Of a stretch of DNA of 64,000 nt, positions 38,526 to 51,300 are shown piece after piece. Source of the DNA: Trichoplax sp. H2 (taxonomy: Eukaryota). The translations under genes were made by a program, and so were the position numbers. The DNA lies in NCBI GenBank assembly GCA_003344405.1, contig NOWV01000161.1, positions 62,001 through 126,000 of the forward strand. The letters are read 5' to 3'. Every line of letters starts with the position of its first letter. Position 1 is the stretch's first letter. The notes under the pieces are model-generated. The model was given only the letters and a program-made list of their open reading frames with translations, was not told where the DNA came from and made no database searches.

Positions 38526-41500
38526 GCAGTTAGAGCTTTGCAAATAACGAGCCATTTCTGAATTGACTACTATCCACGTAATATACTTTTGATTTACTGC
38601 ATAAAATAAAACATTGACCGCGTATGTTACAGCGTTATAAATAATGAGCCGATTTTTAATTTTATTACTATGTAAGATACTTTTAGTTTACAACACGAGC
38701 TAAGGCGTCGGTCGAGATTCAATCGTATAACTTCATACTGAAAAATTCAAGTGTGGATTATCGCTGGCTAAAACACTACTATGGAGGTACATGCACTGAC
38801 CATCTCTGCTTTAGAAGGAGTTTCATTATTCGTAACATCTGACAACGTACGGTGTAAAAATTATAATTTAAGAGTATCTGTATACCTTTGTACTAACAAG
38901 GTAGAAGAAATTTTCTATATTATAAATAAATCATCTATTGCCCAAATTCTATATCATTACAGAATGCGACGGATGTTAGAACATCAACTTTGCAATATAG
39001 GACAAAGTCATCTTTATTGCTAGCTAATGATGCAAATAGAGAATCAATTACCTTATCTATAATTTTTAGGATTTGCTTGCAATAAAGCAATAATTCATTC
39101 CTGTTTTAATTAGGTCTTTATTAGCTGTTTTAATTTTAAATTGAATTGATTTCTTAATAATATTTTAATAGATAACGTATTGATTATTAACGGAACAAAA
39201 CATACTAGAATGGATCAAAACTATTTTAAAAACATTTCAATTTTTCTGTTTTGCTTGAAATACCATTAGAAACATTTTAATTATTTACTCACAGTATTAT
39301 AAGCTCCTTAGTTCATAAAATATTTTATTCGGTCGTTTTCCAATCGGTAATAATGCTATAGCATACTGTACATCATTCTCTGGAAATAATCAATAGTAAA
39401 ACTTTCATTAAAAAAGAAGATACGAATAAAGCCATAGGCATCATATTCCGTAGTTAATATTAATTCTTGTTATCTTTCAACTTAATTTATCCATTTCTCA
39501 TTATATATCATGTAGTTATTTTTTTATCAACAAGTAATGGGAAAGCTCTGTTATAGACGGATAGCTTATTGTGGTAAATATATATTTGTATCAGCAGTAA
39601 TTAAAATCCCTATGGTCCTGTAGTAAATATTATAAATACTTGAAACAACAAGGAAATGATTGTCTTGAAAGCGATCTCAAAATGCAAAATGGTTGCTCCC
39701 TTCTATGCACTCCTATTCACAATCATTCTTCAGAGTTCTTATAAAATTATAATCAGCATACTTAACGAGTAAAATAGCCTAATGATGATAACCTGATTGA
39801 CGGATTCAGATATAACAGCAACTATATAGAAATTGAAATCAATAAACAATCATTAATTTACGATTAACTGAAAATTGATAAGCGGAAAAATGAAAACAAC
39901 TCCAGAAAACATTAAAATCCATTATAAGCATAGCTAAGGGCGCATAATTGATGATATCCTCAAACTCGTAATCTTTTATAGAGTTACAGTAGACTATGCA
40001 TAAAAATATTGTAAAGTAAAAAGTACAAGTACATCCTATAAGCAAACTATCATAATGCATAAAATATAAATAAGAGGAGAGAAACAGTCATTTCCCTTCA
40101 TATCATCCAACTCTATTCACTTCATGATTAAAATTGCTACCTAAATAAAGAAAAATATTTAAGAAGTGGAAAGAATATGGTTTTCACATGCCACAGAATT
40201 TTATATATAAATATAGTGCACGGTAATATAGATCTGTTTTATAGGTTAATTGGGAAGTTTGATTTAATTACCGAAGTCTATGCTACTACAAAAGTAAGAC
40301 AATCAAAGTAATTAAAAAGTTTCTTCCTACTCAATCTGTGCATTGATAGCTATACTGTATAGAAATCCTTTGGTTTTTATTTTTAAATTTTCCAAATATA
40401 GAAAATTTACAGAATTAATCATATTAGAAAATGTAAAATATTTTGACGTAAATTAGCTAATTACATCAGTTATAAAAACAAAAGCAATCGTTTTCAATTC
40501 TAAATTAGGATATTTTTAGCTTAAAAATGGCAATAATATCCTATTTTGCTATTAATTTTGTTTCCATTTAAGAGAATGGAAGAAAATAATCCATTTATCT
40601 ATATCTAGCATTCTGATCAGTTGGCAGATATCGAATCATGAAAATACGACGGTGCATTTATTTAACTAAATATGCCAGTAAAAATAATTTATACACAATT
40701 GGATATCATTTAATTTAGTAATTTGTAGCATAGTTCAACTCTCTTTAATTGAGATTGATTGAATTGGATTATTTAACTTAATTAGTAAGGATAAAATAAT
40801 AAACGAGAGTTTGTTATTTAATCTTTAGTTCTTCCGCACAAACTAGCCTAAGTATAATAGAATAAAATGTTTTTTAAATTTATTTATGAGTCGATCATTT
40901 CGGCCAAACTAGGATGCCATACTGAATCTATAGTATTTTCTTTTAAACTAATGCTATGATATTCGATCCTATTTATCTCTACGTACGCATGTATTTAATT
41001 TACTATTTTAAATTGATTTGTCTCTTTTGCACAAGATACTCACGGATTAAAGCCTAAATAGTAGGCAGAAATAAATAGCCAATATAATTTAGTACAAGAT
41101 CTTATATTTTAACTATTTTGGAGAGACTTCTATCTGAGTAGGCAATCTGATATTAAACGAACTCTGCAGCAATAGTCTAATCAAGATAAGCCAATGCAAC
41201 TAATTTATAATCATTTCCAATATTACTTACTTCCATCACACTAGAAAGAAACACCAAATTAGTGCACGTTTTATCACTATTTGAGAGGGTTGGTATATTG
41301 TATCATCTCTAATCCTTATTGTTATGCCAAAATAAATATATTTAATTATAAGGATATTATAAATAGGGGATTCGGTCGTTGGTCTTTGCTCACTTTATTC
41401 TACTTTGGCTAATTGAAAATAAATTGTACTTCAATTAGTCTGTTGGATCATGCAATTGATCATTAAATAGAGCATTGCTTAGCTCTGTTACTTTCTCTCG

Positions 41501-41633
41501 AAAGTTATAACGTCTTTGTTGATAACCGTTGATATCGAGTCCTATTTGCAGACTACCTTCATGATTTGGCGTACTGAATATGATAGCTATGAGACAGTAA
41601 CATCATTTTTGATAATCATTTCTACACAGCTTA

Positions 41634-42475
41634 ATAGCTTACATAGAGTAAAATGACAGAATAGGTATGCTTTGATATGGACTGTATTGAAAAGAATTCA
41701 TTCTACTGTACCTTGAATTTACTCATTCTCTGAATAAGATAAGTTTAGATATGTATTAGATATGATTTATATTCGAAAGGTTCTGTCTTACCGCATCTTG
41801 ATTATAACGCATTCTTTGGATTGAAGATATTCAGCTATATAAATGAAGAAATCTTTTTAATCTTAATAACTTACATAGAGTAAAATAGTAGGATAGGTAG
41901 GATGTTGCACTATGAACTGTATTGGAAAGAATTGATTCTACTGTATTTTGATTTTACTCATTCTCTGAATAAGATAAATTTAGACATATATATTTTGTAT
42001 TTAGATACGGTTTGTATTTAAAAGGATCGATCCCACCGCATTTTGATTCAACACATTCTGCGGATAACAGTAGAGTATTCTTGATAGCATAACATCCAGA
42101 AATAGATCGTTATAAACTTTACTGACATTGATGATGAATAAGCTGAATATAAGTTGTATTATATTTAGATAGGGTCTGCGTTGAAGAGAATCAAAGTATA
42201 GAGTATGCTGACGTTTCTCATTCTCACGATAAGGATCAAGTATTCTTTGATAGCATTGCATCAAGAAATCAACCGTTGTAATCTTTACTAATATTGATAA
42301 CAAGTAAGCTTGAATTTAGACATACTTGTGTTATATTTAGAGAAGGTATGCGTTGGAAAGGATCAAAGGCTACTGTATCTCGATTTTAGTCATTCTCAGA
42401 ATGACCTTAACGTATTCTTTGATAGCAAGGCATAAAGAACTAAACTGAAATTATCTTTGCTAGTATTGATGACGT
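41634..42475. repeat. Composite degenerate tandem array (~233-bp x2, then ~170-bp x2.5, sharing a motif)
   Basis: CTTACATAGAGTAAAAT...TTTACTCATTCTCTGAATAAGATAA occurs twice (~41638, ~41870). GTATTCTT(T)GATAGCA occurs at ~42075, 42240 and 42412. Confidence 0.8.
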
Positions 42476-42924
42476 TAAAAGGAAATTTCTTTGGCGTATC
42501 GTATCCAATTAACATAGTGTATTTAATAAAGTAATTTTTCTATTAATATTGATAATTAACTTTAGATGATTAATATTATTCTATCACATCTCTCTATATG
42601 ATACTTTATTCAATGATATAAGCTATCTTTTATGCACAGTTGCAGATATAAATCTGCTGGAGCATTCATTAAATTATTCCTTCGTTTAATTTGAGGTCAA
42701 TTGGTGTTAATAATTTATAACTCATCTTTTAATTCGGAATTCAATCATATCTAGAACATCTTTAAAATAAAGTCTTTCATAGACTAACCGCAGACATGAA
42801 CTCATTCGATTGAATTCGAATATTGCCTCCTGATTGAGCTCAATTGTAGTATTCCTAGCCCATCTCTTAGGTATCAAGATGAAGATAGAGGGTATATTAA
42901 GAAAATAGAACGGAGCAATTGAAC

Positions 42925-44245
42925 CATCTAGCTACCCTCGATTGAAATTCTATCTTAAAACAAATACGATTGAACACTTGAATACGGTATTCTATCCCTT
43001 GATTTGACCTAACTTCACTATCTTTTAGCTTCAATACTTTATCCATTTTGATGGGATCCAGCTCCCCTCGGCTGAAACTCTATCCTAAAACAAAATACAA
43101 CTGAGCAATTAAAGTATTCTTCAATTCGATATTCTATCCCTTGATTCGACCTAATTTCACTGTCTGTAGCTTAGAATCTTAATCTATTTGGACGGGATCC
43201 AGATACTCTCGATTGGAACTCTACCCTAAAACAAAATGCAACTAAGCAATTGAAGTATCCTTCAATTCGATATTCTATCCCTTGATTCGACCTAACTATC
43301 TGCAACTTAGACACTTAATCATTTTGATCGTTCTTCAATGCTATATTTTAACCCTAGTCCTCTGTAGATGTATCTCCATTATAACTTTAGAAACTCAGTC
43401 CATTTGGAAGGCCAGATACAACTGAGCAATACAACCACTCTTCAACCCTCATTATTCTATCCCTTGATTGAATCTCAATCAACTTTTCATTTCGCAATCT
43501 TTCTTAATTTCTTTTAGAAGAGATCCAGCTCCCTCGACTGCAATTCTACCGTCAATAAAATACAACTGAGCAATTGAAGCATTCTTCAATGCGATATTTT
43601 AACCCTAATCATCTACAGAGGTATCTTCATTACGACAATAGAAACTTTATCGATTTGGAAGGGGCCAGATACAACTGAGCAATGTAATCACTCTTCAATA
43701 CTGTATTCTATCCCTTGATAGAATCTCAATCAACCTTTCATTCGCCTGTCTTCTCAATCCATTTTAGAAGAGATCTAGCTCCCTCGACTGCAATTCTACC
43801 CTAAAACAAAATACAACTGAGTAATTGAAGCATTCTTTAATGCGATATTTTAACCCTAATTATCTACAGAGGTAACTTCATTACGACAATAGAAACTTCA
43901 TCGATTTGGAAGGGCCAGATACAACTGAGCAATGTAATCACACTTCAATGTTGTATTCTATCCCTTGATAGAATCTCAATCAACTTTTCATTTGCCTGTC
44001 TTTCTCAATCCATTTTAGAAGAGATCTAGCTCCCTCGACTGCAATTCTACCCCCAAAACAAAATACAACTGAGCAATTGAAGCATTCTTCTATACGATAT
44101 TCTAACCCTAATTCTGTGTAGAGGTATCTTCATGACGATTGTAGAAACTCCATTGATTTGGAAAAGGCCAGATACAATTAAGCAATGCAACTACTCTTCA
44201 ATACCATATTCTATCCCTTGATTGAATTTCAATCAACTCTTCCTT
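42925..44245. repeat. Tandem array with ~141-bp monomers grading into a ~251-bp higher-order unit, upstream of prominin B
   Basis: ATTCTATCCCTTGAT at 42989, 43131, 43272, 43454, 43705, 43955 and 44208. ATACAACTGAGCAAT occurs twice per ~251-bp unit. Confidence 0.92.
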
Positions 44246-45387
44246 CGGTATCTTGGTGAATTAATAGCTCGCCATTCTAGTCAAGTCAATTATATTTAAT
44301 TAGAATGACAGAAAATGGGATTGGCTTGGTTATTCTTGATGATACTGTATTCAAATCCAATTGAATTGTTTTTATTCTGTTAGCATGATGAAAGCTAATA
44401 ACGTCTATTATGGCTCCAATGTAAATCATCATGACAATAGCACGAGGAAAGAAAAATAAAATCCCATTGCTATACATTGCCAACTTAACTTATTATGTAA
44501 TCATTTAAGTGTGATGAAGAAAACAACTTGCAATCATTGTTTCCCTAACGTCAGGAGTTATTGATTAAAGGAAGAAAAAGGAGATGCTAGCCTAGTCAGG
44601 AAGAAAAATAACCTAGACAATCGCCATTCAATCCAATAATTTGCTTCAAAAGACAACAACAATGATTACATTGGGAAAAGATTCCATTCTTGCTGAACAA
44701 TATCCAATGTATGTATAATTAATTTATATCGACAATTCAACAGTATACAAACTAAGTCAAGATCGATTTGAATTGCAATGGATGAGAATAAGACATGAAC
44801 CACTTAAACCTTTGTCGCCAAACTATACTAGCTTACAGACATCACAAGGAAAACTACAACACAACAGCTTGTTTTTCTCCTCATTTTCCAACATGCTAAT
44901 GATGGACAAAAGAAAGGCCTAACGCCATTTTTTTTTCATGAATATTGACGTCGGGATAGACTATTGTTCTTATCCTACGGTGTTGCTCATCATTGGCAAA
45001 GTGATTACCGTAGGCCATTTTTCCTTCATTTATTTCTCTTCTTCTCCCTTGACGCAACGCTTTATATATTACGATTGAATATCTACTGCAATTCATTACA
45101 TCGGAATAGTGTAAATTAATTAAACGATTAAGTTCGACAAAAAGAAAAGCTAAATTGACTCTATTCCACCACGACAAGAGGAAAAAAATTGCCATCATTT
45201 TTTTCTCTTAGATATCCCATTTGATGCTTATTAACCATTGCAACCCTCTCTTCTTCTCTTGATTGGCATTACTGATTACCACTGCAGAAGAAGACTTCAA
45301 TTTTAACTAACTAATCTATTTCGCCATTATTATTAACCATTTATATCTTGGAGAAAGTTACTTAACATAGTTAATATCACTTCAATC

Positions 45388-48300
45388 ATGTCCAAATTTC
45401 AAGTCGGGATTTTAACCTTCTTGGTTTTGGCTATCCACACGGTATACGGACAAAATACGACAACCGTCAATAATGGCGTCATTACTTTTAGCCAACTACC
45501 AACCATTGGGACTACTCAATCCAATCCCAATGATTATGTACCAGAATCCAATTTAGCCACCTTATATGCTATGGCAAAAGGCTTTACCAATGCCCTCATT
45601 CCTGGTCATCTACCCTATAGTAAGTACTTAATGCTAAAAAAAGTGACTTTGCCTATTTCCATCGCTGATCCGTGATCGATTTGGACACCACTTGCTGTCT
45701 ACAGTACATTTACCCAACAATTTCATTTCCGACAATTTCCGTCAATCCTTTACCCTTCTCGTGTTTGTAAACCTTCATCAATTCGGTCAAGAAGATCAGA
45801 TATGGCCCGTTATTTCTACAGTGACTAACTGACTAACTGTTCCACTACAGTAGCACAGTTTAAGTATAACCATCTACTTTATAATGTATTTTTTTCATTC
45901 TTTTTCCTATCCTCCTATTCCCGTTAATCAAGAGGATAGTGTAATTAACCAAAACTTTCATCTTTTAATTGACAACAACGGCACTTTAAATAATAATGCG
46001 GGGCATCTCTCTATTTCTCTCCTCTTCACGTTGACTATCCTTCATACCCGTTAAACTCAGAAGTATCAAGAGAAATAAAGATGCGATAGTCAATTTCATT
46101 TTTAAAACCCTACCCATAACCAAAATAGTGTCGTGAACGAAAGTTTTTATCCTTTTGATCCACAACCACGGCACTTTAAATAAATAATATTCCGGGATAT
46201 CTCTCCATTTCTCTCGTCTTCATTTTGTCTATCGGTCGCGCCTGTTCAACTTAGAGATACCAAGAGAGAGATGAAGATGCGATGGTCAATTCTAATTTTT
46301 CTTTCCTGCAAAATCAACTACGCACTTTAATTTCAAAATAATTTGCAAGGGGAAATACCAAAGTAGAGCTCGCTTCAAAATATGAATGCAGGGTTATCCT
46401 CGTTCTATTCTCTATCAGCAATCAATTTCACGGATTTTTGTAAACATAAAAATAAGCGTTCCATGTGGAATAATACTTTCTTAACTGCCTTTCCAAATTA
46501 ACAACGAATACCTCTAGGCCCTATAGCAATAATTAATTGTCATCCTTACGATATGAAATGTTTATTATCTTACGTTGGGCATATTTTATCCTCCTTCCAT
46601 TCGCTTTCCATCCCGTAGATTATTGTTAACATAAAAAATGGACCTTTAAAAGCAGAAATATACTTTCTAAGCTGCCTTTCAAAGTTAACAACCATGGCTT
46701 AGAGCAATAAATTGCCGTCGTTACTATGATGAGAGATGTTCAATATCTTACTTTGAACATTTTTTATCCTCTTTCCATCAACCTTCTATTCTGTAGATAT
46801 TCGTCAATATTAATTTGATCATTAAAAGTAGAAAAAACACTTTTTAAGCTACCTTTTAAAGATAATGACTCTGATTTACCGCAAGAATTGGACGTAGTTT
46901 ATATCACTGGAGATGTTTACCATCGTATCAAGATATCTTTTCTCCTCTTTCCGTTAGCCTTTACCTTCCTGTGTTCCATAGCCTTAAATTGATCATTTCA
47001 ATGTAGAATAGCCTTTCTTGGCCATCACTACAGAAATGGATTATTTAAAGGATAACGTTTCTCCTTTTTCCGTTAGCTTTCATTATGGTGGGATTCGTTG
47101 ACATTAATTTCACCATTCAATACAGAAAAAGATTTCCTTGGCTAGCCTTGATAGTAAATATTAATGGCTTATTCTAACACTTTACTGTCGTTAATATCAC
47201 TCCAAATGGTTCGTATTTCATGAACACCTTTCCTTCTGTCTCTGCTAGACTGCAATTTCACGTAGATTCATTAACATCAAATGCATCTCTAAATACCCTA
47301 AATTTTCTTGCCTGTCTTTCCAAGTTGACAACAATGGTCCGTTCCAATAGTAAGTTTACCTTAGTTAATATCCACGGCAATGTCCATTAACGCCTGTGCG
47401 ATCAATTTTTGCTAACTTTTTGATCCGCTTCGTAAGCATAAACCTGGAAAGGGACACGTTATTAGGCAAATGAATCTGAATTTCCTTTTTACCGTAATCG
47501 TGAACCAACCTAGACCGAACGCAAGAGCCATGATTTATTACGATATCATATTACCGATAAAACCCTAGAGTGCTATAAATAATTTTAATAGCAACAATCA
47601 AAATTTAGTTCCGATCGACTGCCAAAAATTAAACATCAAAAATCCATCCTGTCCTATTGAGTTAACCCTTTGACAACACTTTACCCATTCTGCAAGCGTT
47701 TTCCTCTCTTTTACTACGTCCAAAACCTACCGTAGTCTATACGTAATGGATTCTATCGATAGAATCTATAATTTCTACTAATTTCAAGAGGACACTTATT
47801 TCATTTAAATTTACCTACTTCAAATTAAGCTCATAAACCAATTGAATTCATTATTTAGTCGAATTGCATTCTGTATTCAATCCAACATCTTCACTCAATG
47901 ATTTTCTCTTCTATTTAGCGTTCATGGTCGGTATCCTCAGCAATTTACAAACTCCTAATGGCATCTTAACCTATTTGACGACAAATTATCATTCGGTAAG
48001 ACATGGATTCAAATGAAATTCAATGGCAATATTGATTCCTGTATATTTAAGCGTAACTTGTAGTTCTTTATTTTTACTTGTAAACCCTTACCCAAATGAA
48101 ATGGATTCCAATATAATCAACAACAATATTGCCATAGTTAACCTCAAAAGAAGTTGGTTTACTCGCTTGTGTGGCTATCGGACTCCTAATTGGTGTTCTT
48201 ATGCCTATTGTTGGATTAATATTTTGTTGCTGTCGAATGTGTGGTAAATGTGGTGGTGCCATGGTTCAAACCCATAAAAAGAGATCTCATTGCTACTGCT

Positions 48301-51300
48301 ATACCATCTTCTTGGCCATTTTTGCTTCTATTGCCTTGTAAGTATTAGCTCAAAATGATCCATATTTATGGATTTACTGGACATAACATCAACCCGATGA
48401 CTTTATACTCGATCAAGATAATAAATAGTATTTATTGAGTATAATTACTTTTGGTGATCCATTAGGGCCGGAGGAATACTCAATATTCTCACTGATAAAC
48501 ATATCATGGCCACCGTTCCATATGTTAATGGTGTCGCTCAAGAAGCGATAAGTGATCTCAACCGATGGAAAAACACAGCTACCGCGGTAAGACTCAATTA
48601 CCTTTTGCAGCAGTAAACTACGTGAATAAACCCTTTTCTCGTCCAATCCCCATTTCTTATAGTTATAGATGATTAGCTTAGGGTAAAAGAATGATTAACA
48701 CATATTCTATATATTGTTTTGTATTCGACGCATATACGCTCGCATAACCACAATATAGCAAATTGAAACCTTAGCTGGACCTCAATTAAACTATACAGCG
48801 GATCTTGTCAAAGCTGACTTAGGAGATGCAGGTACCAATAGAATAAATAATTATCCTATCAGAAAGTAAATGCCATTTTCATCATAATAATGATATCCAG
48901 TTTTGTATCCCTTAAATATGGATTTTATCTGTTATAATTTCAAATTTAGCCGTCAGAAGTGAATTAGGTGCACCCCTCCAAGTCGCTGTGGAACCTCATG
49001 CAGATTCTTCTATCGTAACTGTTACTAATATATCGAAGAGTAAGTTTATGTTTCCATTTTTACTAGTTTATGATGTATCCAAGACACTCCGTGATTGATA
49101 AATATGAACGATTGATGTATTCAGTTTTATTGTGTAATAAAAATTGCAATAATTTAAACTCTATCATCTCTCATCTACAACTGTAAAAAATTGAATTTCG
49201 CTAAAGGATAATCCAACAAACTTATGCGCTTACTTTCATTTGCAGCTGTTAACGATACCGCTGACGAACTCAATGCCATCAACGCTAGGAGGACTCAACT
49301 TGTAGCATTGCAAACTTCATTAACTAATGAAGTCAACAAGGCAAAGACTGATTTAAATTCGGCCATAAGTGATTGCAATACACTTCCAGGCAGTCCCTGC
49401 AGTGACATCGATACCTCAGTAATCAACGTCAATGTTGATTATGGAACGGTACGTATACCAACATTAAAAGTAAATCGATGATGATTTCCAGATGAATGAA
49501 TATCGATAAAATGAAATGATTTCAGTTACCAAGTATCGATAGTCAAATCGCAGAAGTCCAGAAAGTAAGAAATCTTGGCCTAACAAATATGGCATCACAG
49601 GTACGGAATCATATCTTATGCGCCAAACGCAATAATTTACTCTTCTATTAGCTTGTATCATTGCCGATTTGTTTCAAGATACCATTAAAAATTTATCTAT
49701 CAAATTTTCCTATATTGAAGGAAAATATTTTGTACAATCCTATACAAACAATCATTTTTTTCATGCTATACCGTGCTAGGCTCAAAGTGAAATTAGGAAT
49801 TTGCCTGACACAGTGGTAACACAAACAAGCGCCACTCGAAGCAGTATGTTATAACTGATTTATTGCATCATGACAAGACTAGAGTTGCTCACTTTTTCCT
49901 AGATAGCAATAAATAGGCTGCTCTATCTCTCTAAGGAATTAAGTTATAACCTGATCACTTTATATTGAATCAATTTAGGTGTTGTCACTAGTGTTAATAC
50001 ACTACAATCGCAAGCTGGATCTCAAGTTGCAACCATCACTCAACCTATTAAAAATGTAAGGATAGGGTTAGCGTTTATTTTATGAAGCACAGAGATAGAT
50101 CGGTGATCCGATAATTTACTATTGAATTATTCCAAATCGAATGACTGTAGATTAGCATGCTGAAGCATTGATAAATTACCGTACTTTTATATACTTCATG
50201 CTACTTATAATATCAAGTATTATTGTAAGATATTAATAGGTAATTGTACTTTGCCATACGGTACTTACTCGTACAGTGTGAATTTAAACGAATGAAATAT
50301 TTTAATATCTTTTGTTGATTTACCAGCCATAAAATACAGTTCAAAGCTAATTTTTTTGTACGGTATATTATATTCCAGATTGATTTTAGCACTTTTTATA
50401 CTCCAATCGCTAATGCTCTGAATGGCATTACCAATTCCGATGCCTATAAATACGCGTAAGTGCAATTTCGGGATTGAATTTAAATTGATTATACATATAT
50501 CCTTAGTCATCAAACCTTATAATAGATCATTCTTATTTGTAATAGCATGAAATTATACTTGAAATTAAGTAGTAAAATGATCAGTAATCAAGCTGTTACT
50601 ATTAACGACATTTGAGCATAAAACTATGTCATCGATCACTTTCATGTCAATTTTATCAGCCATTAATATTCTTTATTTTTATCTGTAATACTTAGGGAAT
50701 ACGGCTTAAATGGGTTCGCTGGACTTTTAATCTTACAAGCTGGTTTGATTATGTTGGCATTGCTTTTGGGTGGATTATCTTACAAGGATGATGTACCTTC
50801 AATAAAGCGATCAACTACATCCAATATCGCTGGCTATCTCCTTATGGCGTAAGTAATAAAAAATTACAGTTTAAGTTAAATAAAATGATTACACATACTC
50901 TGGCGAAAATAAAGATAGAGTAGGTTAGCAAATTGATTTCAACCACTTATATAGCAGCATTTTTGTCATGGTATTACAAATCTTGCTTCAAGTTTATGAA
51001 AAGCACATTGAATGACATGGAATTCAATAATTTTTAACTTTAGAGCTGCTGGCTTGATTATCATATTTTCGTTCCTGTATTGCTTTGTTGCCATTACCTT
51101 ATTGACAATTGGAGCTAATACAGAGAAAGCCTGTCAAGGTCTTCGTGATAATTCATTCTTTTCTCAGGTTGGAATTCTTAATCGTGATGATATAAAGTAT
51201 AGTAATGACTAAATATTAAAATACTCCAATATTGAAAATTTCTATTCCTTCTTTTACATTAGGTTGCCGACGCTCGTTTACCTGGCGGCAAAACTGTTTT

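Noticed and set aside
35200-44245. CRISPR-like interpretation of the conserved-core arrays
   Set aside because: The context is eukaryotic with no cas genes, and the sequence between cores is homologous from unit to unit rather than unique spacers.
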